From Utricularia gibba (lineage: Eukaryota > Plantae > Magnoliophyta), in NCBI GenBank assembly GCA_002189035.1, contig NEEC01000262.1:1-40695 (forward strand): a DNA stretch of 40,695 bases. The letters run 5' to 3'. How positions within the stretch are numbered: position 1 is the first letter of the stretch; the number at the start of each line of letters is the position of its first letter. Made by a program: the position numbers and the translations under genes. Positions 1 through 12,700 of the stretch are shown here, one piece after another. A model generated the notes under the pieces. That model had not been told where the DNA came from and searched no databases. It saw nothing but the letters and a program-made list of their open reading frames with translations.

Positions 1-1236
1 TCATGTGGGGTGCACGTGACATCATAATTTAAACAAATGGATCATTTTTTTAATCGATTTGCATCCAGTTGACCTCATGAGCCATACAGAATCGGGGTCA
101 AGGACCAAGTTCCAGCGAGACTGGCCGCCACAAAACGAGAAGCGGTTCTTGAAAAACCATGTAGGCAGCCCCGAAAACCGAACGATAATAAATACATCAC
201 TTTATTTGCCGGACTACAACTTACTTTGGGCCAAGGCCTAAGCTGACTTTTTCCGTTCCAAGTGCCCCCAAGACCGCCTCCTCAGTATAAAGTAAGTTGT
301 TGAAAAAATCATGTGGGGTGCACGTGATATCGCAATTTAAACAAATGCAACATTGTATTCATCGATTTGCATCCTTTTGTCCTCATGAGCCATAAAGAAT
401 CGCGGGCCGGACCAAGTTCCTAGCGAGACTGGCCGCCACAAACGAGAAGCTGTTCCTTGAAAAACCATGTAGGCAACACCGAAAACCGAACGTTAATAAA
501 TACATCACTTTCTTTGCCGGGCTACAACTTACTTTGGGCCAAGGCCTAAGCTGATTTTTCCGGTTCCAAGTGCCCCCAAAGACCGCCTCCTCAGTATAAA
601 GTATGTTGTTAAAAAATCATGTGGGGTGCACGTGACATCGTAATTTAAACAAATGCATCATTTTTTTTAATCGATTTGCATCCAGTTGACCTCATGAGCC
701 ATACAGAAATCGGGTCAAGGACCAAGTTCCCAGCGAGACTGGCCGCCACAAAACGAGAAGCGGTTCCTTGAAAAACCATGTAGGCAGCCCCCGAAAACCG
801 AACGATAATAAATACATCACTTTATTTGCCGGACTACAACTAACTTCGGGCAAGCCAAACCTACCTTTGTCCGTTCCAAGTGCACCCAAAGACCGCCTCT
901 CAAGTATAAAGTAAGTTGTTGAAAAAATCATGTGGGGTGCACGTGATATCGCAATTTAAACAAATGCAACATTGTATTCATCGATTTGCATCCTTTTGTC
1001 CTCATGAGCCATAAAGAATCGCCCCGGACCAAGTTCCTAGCGAGACTGGCCGCCACAAACGAGAAGCTGTTCCTTGAAAAACCATGTAGGCAACACCGAA
1101 AACCGAACGTTAATAAATACATCACTTTCTTTGCCGGGCTACAACTTACTTTGGGCCAAGGCCTAAGCTGATCTTTTCCGGTTCCAAGTGCACCCAAAGA
1201 CCGCCTTCTCAAGTATAAAGTAAGTTGTTGAAAAAA

Positions 1237-1541
1237 TCATGTGGGGTGCACGTGACATCGCAATTTAAACAAATGCATCATTTTTTTAATCGATTTGCAT
1301 CCAGTTGACCTCATGAGCCATACAGAATCGGGGTCAAGGACCAAGTTCCCAGCGAGACTGGCCGCCCAAAACGAGAAGCGGTTCCTTGAAAAACCATGTA
1401 GGCAACCCGAAAACCGAACGTTAATAAATACATCACTTTATTTGCCGGCTACAACTTACTTTGGGCCAAGCCTAAGCTGATCTTTTTCCGCCAAGTGCCC
1501 CAAAGACCGCCTCTCATGTATAAAGTATGTTGTTGAAAAAA
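1237..1541 (+). repeat. Chimeric monomer (A 5' half / B 3' half) that breaks the A-B alternation
   Basis: A sites up to aagcggtt, then ggcaac, aacgttaat and acttactttgggccaagcctaagctgatc (B). The next monomer (1542) again has an A head. Confidence 0.8.
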
Positions 1542-3399
1542 TCATGTGGGGTGCACGTGACATCGTAATTTAAACAAATGCATCATTTTTTTTAATCGAT
1601 TTGCATCCAGTTGACCTCATGAGCCATAAAGAATCGGGGTCAAGGACCAAGTTCCCAGCGAGACTGGCCGCACAAAACGAGAAGCGTTCCTTGAAAAACC
1701 ATGTAGGCAGCCCCGAAAACCGAACGATAATAAATACATCACTTTATTTGCCGGACTACAACTAACGGCAAGCCAAACTTACTTTTTCCGGTTCCAGGTG
1801 CACCCAAAGACCCTCTCAAGTATAAAGTAAGTTGTTGAAAAAATCATGTGGGGTGCACGTGATATCGCAATTTAAACAAATGCAACATTGTATTCATCGA
1901 TTTGCATCCTTTTGTCCTCATGAGCCATAAAGAATCGCGGGCCCGGACCAAGTTCCTAGCGAGACTGGCCGCACAAAACGAGAAGCTGTTCCTTGAAAAA
2001 CCATGTAGGCAACACCGAAAACCGAACGTTAATAAATACATCACTTTCTTTGCCGGGCTACAACTTACTTTGGGCCAAGGCCTAAGCTGACCTTTTTCCG
2101 GTTCCAAGTGCCCCCAAGACCGCCTCCTCATGTATAAAGTATGTTGTTAAAAAAATCATGTGGGGTGCACGTGACATCGTAATTTAAACAAATGCATCAT
2201 TTTTTTTAATCGATTTGCATCCAGTTGACCTCATGAGCCATACAGAATCGGGGTCAAGGACCAAGTTCCCAGCGAGACTGGCCGCCACAAAACGAGAAGC
2301 GGTTCCTTGAAAAACCATGTAGGCAGCCCCCGAAAACCGAACGATAATAAATACATCACTTTATTTGCCGGACTACAACTAACTTTGGGCCAAGCCACTT
2401 TCCGTTCCAGTGCACCCAAAGACCGCCTGCTCAAGTATAAAGTAAGTTGTTGAAAAAATCATGTGGGGTGCACGTGATATCGCAATTTAAACAAATGCAA
2501 CATTGTATTCATCGATTTGCATCCTTTTGTCCTCATGAGCCATAAAGAATCGCGGGCCCGGACCAAGTTCCTAGCGAGACTGGCCGCCACAAAACGAGAA
2601 GCTGTTCCTTGAAAAACCATGTAGGCAACACCGAAAACCGAACGTTAATAAAATACATCACTTTCTTTGCCGGGCTACAACTTACTTTGGGCCAAGGCCT
2701 AAGCTGACTTTTTTCCGGTTCCAAGTGCCCCCAAGACCGCCTCCTCATGTATAAAGTATGTTGTTAAAAAAATCATGTGGGGTGCACGTGACATCGTAAT
2801 TTAAACAAATGCATCATTTTTTTTAATCGATTTGCATCCAGTTGACCTCATGAGCCATACAGAATCGGGGTCAAGGACCAAGTTCCCAGCGAGACTGGCC
2901 GCCACAAAACGAGAAGCGGTTCCTTGAAAAACCATGTAGGCAGCCCCCGAAAACCGAACGATAATAAATACATCACTTTATTTGCCGGACTACAACTAAC
3001 TCTCGGGCAAGCCAAACCTTACCTTTGTCCCGTTCCAGGTGCACCCAAAGACCGCCTGCTCAAGTATAAAGTAAGTTGTTGAAAAAATCATGTGGGGTGC
3101 ACGTGATATCGCAATTTAAACAAATGCAACATTGTATTCATCGATTTGCATCCTTTTGTCCTCATGAGCCATAAAGAATCGCGGGCCCGGACCAAGTTCC
3201 TAGCGAGACTGGCCGCCACAAAACGAGAAGCTGTTCCTTGAAAAACCATGTAGGCAACACCGAAAACCGAACGTTAATAAATACATCACTTTCTTTGCCG
3301 GGCTACAACTTACTTTGGGCCAAGGCCTAAGCTGACCTTTTTCCGGTTCCAAGTGCCCCAAGACCGCCTCCTCATGTATAAAGTAAGTTGTTAAAAAAA

Positions 3400-3710
3400 T
3401 CATGTGGGGTGCACGTGACATCGTAATTTAAACAAATGCATCATTTTTTTTAATCGATTTGCATCCAGTTGACCTCATGAGCCATACAGAATCGGGGTCA
3501 AGGACCAAGTTCCCAGCGAGACTGGCCGCCACAAAACGAGAAGCGGTTCTTGAAAAACCATGTAGGCAGCCCGAAAACCGAACGTTAATAAATACATCAC
3601 TTTATTTGCCGGGCTACAACTTACTTTGGGCCAAGGCCTAAGCTGACCTTTTCCGGTTCCAAGTGCCCCCAAGACCGCCTCCTCATGTATAAAGTAAGTT
3701 GTTAAAAAAA
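3400..3710 (+). repeat. Chimeric monomer (A 5' half / B 3' half) that breaks the A-B alternation
   Basis: A sites to ggcagc, then aacgttaat and gggctacaacttactttgggccaaggcctaagctgacc (B). It is followed by a full A monomer at 3711. Confidence 0.85.
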
Positions 3711-6700
3711 TCATGTGGGGTGCACGTGACATCGTAATTTAAACAAATGCAACATTTTTTATCGATTTGCATCCAGTTGACCTCATGAGCCATACAGAAT
3801 CGGGGTCAAGGACCAAGTTCCCAGCGAGACTGGCCGCCACAAAACGAGAAGCGTTCCTTGAAAAACCATGTAGGCAGCCCCCGAAAACCGAACGATAATA
3901 AATACATCACTTTATTTGCCGACTACAACTAACTCTCGGGCAAGCCAAACCTTACCTTTGTCCCGTTCCAGGTGCACCCAAAGACCGCCTGCTCAAGTAT
4001 AAAGTAAGTTGTTGAAAAAATCATGTGGGGTGCACGTGATATCGCAATTTAAACAAATGCAACATTGTATTCATCGATTTGCATCCTTTGTCCTCATGAG
4101 CCATAAAGAATCGCGGGCCCGGACCAAGTTCCTAGCGAGACTGGCCGCCACAAAACGAGAAGCTGTTCCTTGAAAAACCATGTAGGCAACACCGAAAACC
4201 GAACGTTAATAAATACATCACTTTCTTTGCCGGGCTACAACTTACTTTGGGCCAAGGCCTAAGCTGACCTTTTTTCCGGTTCCAAGTGCCCCCCAAAGAC
4301 CGCCTCCTCATGTATAAAGTAAGTTGTTAAAAAAATCATGTGGGGTGCACGTGACATCGTAATTTAAACAAATGCATCATTTTTTTTAATCGATTTGCAT
4401 CCAGTTGACCTCATGAGCCATACAGAATCGGGGTCAAGGACCAAGTTCCCAGCGAGACTGGCCGCCACAAAACGAGAAGCGGTTCCTTGAAAAACCATGT
4501 AGGCAGCCCCCGAAAACCGAACGATAATAAATACATCACTTTATTTGCCGGACTACAACTTACTTTGGGCAAGCCAAGCTGATCTTTTTCCGTTCCAAGT
4601 GCCCCAAAGACCGCCTCCTCAAGTATAAAGTAAGTTGTTGAAAAAATCATGTGGGGTGCACGTGATATCGCAATTTAAACAAATGCAACATTGTATTCAT
4701 CGATTTGCATCCTTTTGTCCTCATGAGCCATAAAGATCGCGGGCCCGGACCAAGTTCCTAGCGAGACTGGCCGCCAAAAACGAGAAGCTGTTCCTTGAAA
4801 AACCATGTAGGCAACACCGAAAACCGAACGTTAATAAATACATCACTTTCTTTGCCGGGCTACAACTTACTTTGGGCCAAGGCCTAAGCTGACCTTTTTC
4901 CGGTTCCAAGTGCCCCCCAAGACCGCCTCCTCATGTATAAAGTATGTTGTTAAAAAAATCATGTGGGGTGCACGTGACATCGTAATTTAAACAAATGCAT
5001 CATTTTTTTTAATCGATTTGCATCCAGTTGACCTCATGAGCCATACAGAATCGGGGTCAAGGACCAAAGTTCCCAGCGAGACTGGCCGCCACAAAACGAG
5101 AAGCGGTTCCTTGAAAAACCATGTAGGCAGCCCCCGAAAACCGAACGATAATAAATACATCACTTTATTTGCCGGACTACAACTACTTTGGGCAAGGCCT
5201 AAGCTGATCTTTTTCCGTTCCAAGTGCCCCAAGACCGCCTCCTCAAGTATAAAGTAAGTTGTTGAAAAAATCATGTGGGGTGCACGTGATATCGCAATTT
5301 AAACAAATGCAACATTGTATTCATCGATTTGCATCCTTTTGTCCTCATGAGCCATAAAGAATCGCGGGCCCGGACCAAGTTCCTAGCGAGACTGGCCGCC
5401 AAAAACGAGAAGCTGTTCCTTGAAAAACCATGTAGGCAACACCGAAAACCGAACGTTAATAAATACATCACTTTCTTTGCCGGGCTACAACTTACTTTGG
5501 GCCAAGGCCTAAGCTGACCTTTTTCCGGTTCCAAGTGCCCCCAAGACCGCCTCCTCATGTATAAAGTATGTTGTTAAAAAAATCATGTGGGGTGCACGTG
5601 ACATCGTAATTTAAACAAATGCATCATTTTTTTTAATCGATTTGCATCCAGTTGACCTCATGAGCCATACAGAATCGGGGTCAAGGACCAAGTTCCCAGC
5701 GAGACTGGCCGCCACAAAACGAGAAGCGGTTCCTTGAAAAACCATGTAGGCAGCCCCGAAAACCGAACGATAATAAATACATCACTTTATTGCCGGACTA
5801 CAACTAACTCTCGGTGCAAGCCAAACCTTACCTTTGTCCCGTTCCAGGTGCACCCAAAGACCGCCTGCTCAAGTATAAAGTAAGTTGTTGAAAAAATCAT
5901 GTGGGGTGCACGTGATATCGCAATTTAAACAAATGCAACATTGTATTCATCGATTTGCATCCTTTTGTCCTCATGAGCCATAAAGAATCGCGGGCCCGGA
6001 CCAAGTTCCTAGCGAGACTGGCCGCCACAAAACGAGAAGCTGTTCCTTGAAAAACCATGTAGGCAACACCGAAAACCGAACGTTAATAAATACATCACTT
6101 TCTTTGCCGGGCTACAACTTACTTTGGGCCAAGGCCTAAGCTGATCTTTTTCCGGTTCCAAGTGCCCCAAAGACCGCCTTCTCATGTATAAAGTAAGTTG
6201 TTGAAAAAATCATGTGGGGTGCACGTGACATCATAATTTAAACAAATGGATCATTTTTTTTAATCGATTTGCATCCAGTTGACCTCATGAGCCATACAGA
6301 ATCGGGGTCAAGGACCAAGTTCCCAGCGAGACTGGCCGCCACAAAACGAAAGCGGTTCCTTGAAAAACCATGTAGGCAGCCCCCGAAAACCGAACGATAA
6401 TAAATACATCACTTTATTTGCCGGACTACAACTAACTCTCGGCAAGCCAAACCTTACCTTTGTCCCGTTCCAGTGCACCCAAAGACCGCCTGCTCAAGTA
6501 TAAAGTAAGTTGTTGAAAAAATCATGTGGGGTGCACGTGATATCGCAATTTAAACAAATGCAACATTGTATTCATCGATTTGCATCCTTTTGTCCTCATG
6601 AGCCATAAAGAATCGCGGGCCCGGACCAAGTTCCTAGCGAGACTGGCCGCCACAAAACGAGAAGCTGTTCCTTGAAAAACCATGTAGGCAACACCGAAAA

Positions 6701-9700
6701 CCGAACGTTAATAAATACATCACTTTCTTTGCCGGGCTACAACTTACTTTGGGCCAAGGCCTAAGCTGACTTTTTCCGGTTCCAAGTGCCCCAAAGACCG
6801 CCTCCTCATGTATAAAGTATGTTGTTAAAAAATCATGTGGGGTGCACGTGACATCGTAATTTAAACAAATGCATCATTTTTTTTAATCGATTTGCATCCA
6901 GTTGACCTCATGAGCCATACAGAATCGGGGTCAAGGACCAAGTTCCCAGCGAGACTGGCCGCCACAAAACGAGAAGCGGTTCCTTGAAAAACCATGTAGG
7001 CAGCCCCCGAACGAAACATCACTTTATTTGCCGGACTACAACTACTCTCGGTGCAAGCCAAACCTAGTTCCAGGTGCACCCAAAGACCGCCTGCTCAAGT
7101 ATAAAGTAAGTTGTTGAAAAAATCATGTGGGGTGCACGTGATATCGCAATTTAAACAAATGCAACATTGTATTCATCGATTTGCATCCTTTTGTCCTCAT
7201 GAGCCATAAAGAATCGCGGGCCCGGACCAAGTTCCTAGCGAGACTGGCCGCCACAAAACGAGAAGCTGTTCCTTGAAAAACCATGTAGGCAACACCGAAA
7301 ACCGAACGTTAATAAATACATCACTTTTCTTTGCCGGGCTACAACTTACTTTGGGCCAAGGCCTAAGCTGACTTTTTTCCGGTTCCAAGTGCCCCAAGAC
7401 CGCCTCCATGTATAAAGTATGTTGTTAAAAAATCATGTGGGTGCACGTGACATCGTAATTTAAACAAATGCATCATTTTTTTTAATCGATTTGCATCCAG
7501 TTGACCTCATGAGCCATACAGAATCGGGGTCAAGGACCAAGTTCCCAGCGAGACTGGCCGCCACAAAACGAGAAGCGGTTCCTTGAAAAACCATGTAGGC
7601 AGCCCCCGAAAACCGAACGATAATAAATACATCACTTTATTTGCCGGACTACAACTAACTCTCGGGCAAGCCAAACCTTACCTTTGTCCCGTTCCAGGTG
7701 CACCCAAAGACCGCCTGCTCAAGTATAAAGTAAGTTGTTGAAAAAATCATGTGGGTGCACGTGATATCGCAATTTAAACAAATGCAACATTGTATTCATC
7801 GATTTGCATCCTTTTGTCCTCATGAGCCATAAAGAATCGCGGGCCCGGACCAAGTTCCTAGCGAGACTGGCCGCCACAAAACGAGAAGCTGTTCCTTGAA
7901 AAACCATGTAGGCAACACCGAAAACCGAACGTTAATAAATACATCACTTTCTTTGCCGGGCTACAACTTACTTTGGGCCAAGGCCTAAGCTGACTTTTTC
8001 CGGTTCCAAGTGCCCCAAAGACCGCCTTCTCAAGTATAAAGTAAGTTGTTGAAAAAATCATGTGGGGTGCACGTGACATCGTAATTTAAACAAATGCATC
8101 ATTTTTTTAATCGATTTGCATCCAGTTGACCTCATGAGCCATACAGAATCGGGGTCAAGGACCAAGTTCCCAGCGAGACTGGCCGCCACAAAACGAGAAG
8201 CGGTTCCTTGAAAAACCATGTAGGCAGCCCCGAAAACCGAACGATAATAAATACATCACTTTATTTGCCGGACTACAACTAACTTCGGGCAAGCCAAACC
8301 TTACCTTTTCCCGTTCCAGGTGCACCCAAAGACCGCCTCTCAAGTATAAAGTAAGTTGTTGAAAAAATCATGTGGGGTGCACGTGATATCGCAATTTAAA
8401 CAAATGCAACATTGTATTCATCGATTTGCATCCTTTTGTCCTCATGAGCCATAAAGAATCGCGGGCCCGGACCAAGTTCCTAGCGAGACTGGCCGCCACA
8501 AAACGAGAAGCTGTTCCTTGAAAAACCATGTAGGCAACACCGAAAACCGAACGTTAATAAATACATCACTTTCTTTGCCGGGCTACTTTGGGCCAAGGCC
8601 TAAGCTGACTTTTTCCGGTTCCAAGTGCCCCAAAGACCGCCTCTCATGTATAAAGTAAGTTGTTAAAAAATCATGTGGGGTGCACGTGACATCATAATTT
8701 AAACAAATGCATCATTTTTTTTAATCGATTTGCATCCAGTTGACCTCATGAGCCATACAGAATCGGGGTCAAGGACCAAGTTCCCAGCGAGACTGGCCGC
8801 CACAAACGAGAAGCGGTTCCTTGAAAAACCATGTAGGCAGCCCCGAAAACCGAACGATAATAAATACATCACTTTATTTGCCGGACTACAACTAACTCTC
8901 GGTGCAAGCCAAACCTTACCTTTGTCCCGTTCCAGGTGCACCCAAAGACCGCCTGCTCAAGTATAAAGTAAGTTGTTGAAAAAATCATGTGGGGTGCACG
9001 TGATATCGCAATTTAAACAAATGCAACATTGTATTCATCGATTTGCATCCTTTTGTCCTCATGAGCCATAAAGAATCGCGGGCCCGGACCAAGTTCCTAG
9101 CGAGACTGGCCGCCACAAAACGAGAAGCTGTTCCTTGAAAAACCATGTAGGCAACACCGAAAACCGAACGTTAATAAATACATCACTTTCTTTGCCGGGC
9201 TACAACTTACTTTGGGCCAAGGCCTAAGCTGACTTTTTCCGGTTCCAAGTGCCCCAAAGACCGCCTCCTCATGTATAAAGTAAGTTGTTAAAAAATCATG
9301 TGGGGTGCACGTGACATCGTAATTTAAACAAATGCATCATTTTTTTAATCGATTTGCATCCAGTTGACCTCATGAGCCATACAGAATCGGGGTCAAGGAC
9401 CAAGTTCCCAGCGAGACTGGCCGCCACAAAACGAGAAGCGGTTCCTTGAAAAACCATGTAGGCAGCCCCCGAAAACCGAACGATAATAAATACATCACTT
9501 TATTTGCCGGACTACAACTAACTCTCGGGCAAGCCAAACCTTACCTTTGTCCGTTCCAGGTGCACCAAAACCGCCTGCTCAAGTATAAAGTAAGTTGTTG
9601 AAAAAATCATGTGGGGTGCACGTGATATCGCAATTTAAACAAATGCAACATTGTATTCATCGATTTGCATCCTTTTGTCCTCATGAGCCATAAAGAATCG

Positions 9701-12700
9701 CGGGCCCGGACCAAGTTCCTAGCGAGACTGGCCGCCACAAAAGAAAGCTGTTCCTTGAAAAACCATGTAGGCAACACCGAACGTTAATAAATACATCACT
9801 TTCTTTGCCGGGCTACAACTTACTTTGGGCCAAGGCCTAAGCTGATCTTTTTCCGGTTCCAAGTGCCCAAAGACCGCCTTCTCATGTATAAAGTAAGTTG
9901 TTAAAAATCATGTGGGGTGCACGTGACATCGTAATTTAAACAAATGGATCATTTTTTTTTAATCGATTTGCATCCAGTTGACCTCATGAGCCATACAGAA
10001 TCGGGGTCAAGGACCAAGTTCCCAGCGAGACTGGCCGCCACAAAACGAGAAGCGGTTCCTTGAAAAACCATGTAGGCAGCCCCCGAAAACCGAACGATAA
10101 TAAATACATCACTTTATTTGCCGACTACAACTAACTCTCGGTGCAAGCCAAACCTTACCTTTGTCCGTTCCAGGTGCACCCAAAGACCGCCTGCTCAAGT
10201 ATAAAGTAAGTTGTTGAAAAAATCATGTGGGGTGCACGTGATATCGCAATTTAAACAAATGCAACATTGTATTCATCGATTTGCATCCTTTTGTCCTCAT
10301 GAGCCATAAAGAATCGGGCCCCGGACCAAGTTCCTAGCGAGACTGGCCGCCACAAAACGAGAAGCTGTTCCTTGAAAAACCATGTAGGCAACACCGAAAA
10401 CCGAACGTTAATAAATACATCACTTTCTTTGCCGGGCTACAACTTACTTTGGGCCAAGGCCTAAGCTGATCTTTTCCGGTTCCAAGTGCCCCAAAGACCG
10501 CCTCCTCATGTATAAAGTATGTTGTTAAAAAATCATGTGGGGTGCACGTGACATCGTAATTTAAACAAATGCATCATTTTTTTTTTTTGCATCCAGTTGA
10601 CCTCATGAGCCATACAGAATCGGGGTCAAGGACCAAGTTCCCAGCGAGACTGGCCGCCACAAAACGAGAAGCGGTTCCTTGAAAAACCATGTAGGCAGCC
10701 CCGAAAACCGAACGATAATAAATACATCACTTTATTTGCCGGACTACAACTAACTCTCGGTGCAAGCCAAACCTTACCTTTGTCCCGTTCCAGGTGCACC
10801 CAAAGACCGCCTGCTCAAGTATAAAGTAAGTTGTTGAAAAAATCATGTGGGGTGCACGTGATATCGCAATTTAAACAAATGCAACATTGTATTCATCGAT
10901 TTGCATCCTTTTGTCCTCATGAGCCATAAAGAATCGCGGGCCCGGACCAAGTTCCTAGCGAGACTGGCCGCCACAAAACGAGAAGCTGTTCCTTGAAAAA
11001 CCATGTAGGCAACACCGAAAACCGAACGTTAATAAATACATCACTTTGCCGGGCTACAACTTACTTTGGGCCAAGGCCTAAGCTGATCTTTTTCCGGTTC
11101 CAAGTGCCCCAAAGACCGCCTTCTCATGTATAAAGTAAGTTGTTAAAAAATCATGTGGGGTGCACGTGACATCATAATTTAAACAAATGGATCATTTTTT
11201 TTAATCGATTTGCATCCAGTTGACCTCATGAGCCATACAGAATCGGGGTCAAGGACCAAGTTCCCAGCGAGACTGGCCGCCACAAAACGAGAAGCGGTTC
11301 CTTGAAAAACCATGTAGGCAGCCCCCGAAAACCGAACGATAATAAATACATCACTTTATTTGCCGGACTACAACTAACTCTCGGCAAGCCAAACCTTACC
11401 TTTGTCCCGTTCCAGTGCACCCAAAGACCGCCTGCTCAAGTATAAAGTAAGTTGTTGAAAAAATCATGTGGGGTGCACGTGATATCGCAATTTAAACAAA
11501 TGCAACATTGTATTCATCGATTTGCATCCTTTGTCCTCATGAGCCATAAAGAATCGCGGGCCCGGACCAAGTTCCTAGCGAGACTGGCCGCCACAAAACG
11601 AGAAGCTGTTCCTTGAAAAACCATGTAGGCAACACCGAAAACCGAACGTTAATAAATACATCACTTTCTTTGCCGGGCTACAACTTACTTTGGGCCAAGG
11701 CCTAAGCTGACCTTTTTCCGGTTCCAAGTGCCCCCAAGACCGCCTCCTCATGTATAAAGTATGTTGTTAAAAAAAAATCATGTGGGGTGCACGTGACATC
11801 GTAATTTAAACAAATGCATCATTTTTTTTAATCGATTTGCATCCAGTTGACCTCATGAGCCATACAGAATCGGGGTCAAGGACCAAGTTCCCAGCGAGAC
11901 TGGCCGCCACAAAACGAGAAGCGGTTCCTTGAAAAACCATGTAGGCAGCCCCCGAAAACCGAACGATAATAAATACATCACTTTATTTGCCGGACTACAA
12001 CTACTTTGGGCAAGGCCAAACTGACTTTTTCCGTTCCAGTGCCCCAAGACCGCCTCCTCAAGTATAAAGTAAGTTGTTGAAAAAATCATGTGGGTGCACG
12101 TGATATCGCAATTTAAACAAATGCAACATTGTATTCATCGATTTGCATCCTTTTGTCCTCATGAGCCATAAAGAATCGCGGGCCCGGACCAAGTTCCTAG
12201 CGAGACTGGCCGCCACAAAACGAGAAGCTGTTCCTTGAAAAACCATGTAGGCAACACCGAAAACCGAACGTTAATAAATACATCACTTTCTTTGCCGGGC
12301 TACAACTTACTTTGGGCCAAGGCCTAAGCTGACCTTTTTCCGGTTCCAAGTGCCCCCCAAGACCGCCTCCTCATGTATAAAGTATGTTGTTAAAAAAATC
12401 ATGTGGGGTGCACGTGACATCGTAATTTAAACAAATGCATCATTTTTTTTAATCGATTTGCATCCAGTTGACCTCATGAGCCATACAGAATCGGGGTCAA
12501 GGACCAAGTTCCCAGCGAGACTGGCCGCCACAAACGAGAAAGCGGTTCCTTGAAAAACATGTAGGCAGCCCCCGAAAACCGAACGATAATAAATACATCA
12601 CTTTATTTGCCGGACTACAACTAACTCTGGGCAAGCCAAACCTCTTTTTCCGTTCCAGGTGCACCCAAAGACCGCCTGCTCAAGTATAAAGTAAGTTGTT

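Noticed and set aside
275-292. Hammerhead ribozyme core CUGANGA on the minus strand (tcctcag), as in newt satellite 2, schistosome satellites or retrozymes
   Set aside because: It appears only in a few copies where ctcaag/ctcatg lost a base. The consensus lacks it, and plus-strand ctgaYc does not fit.
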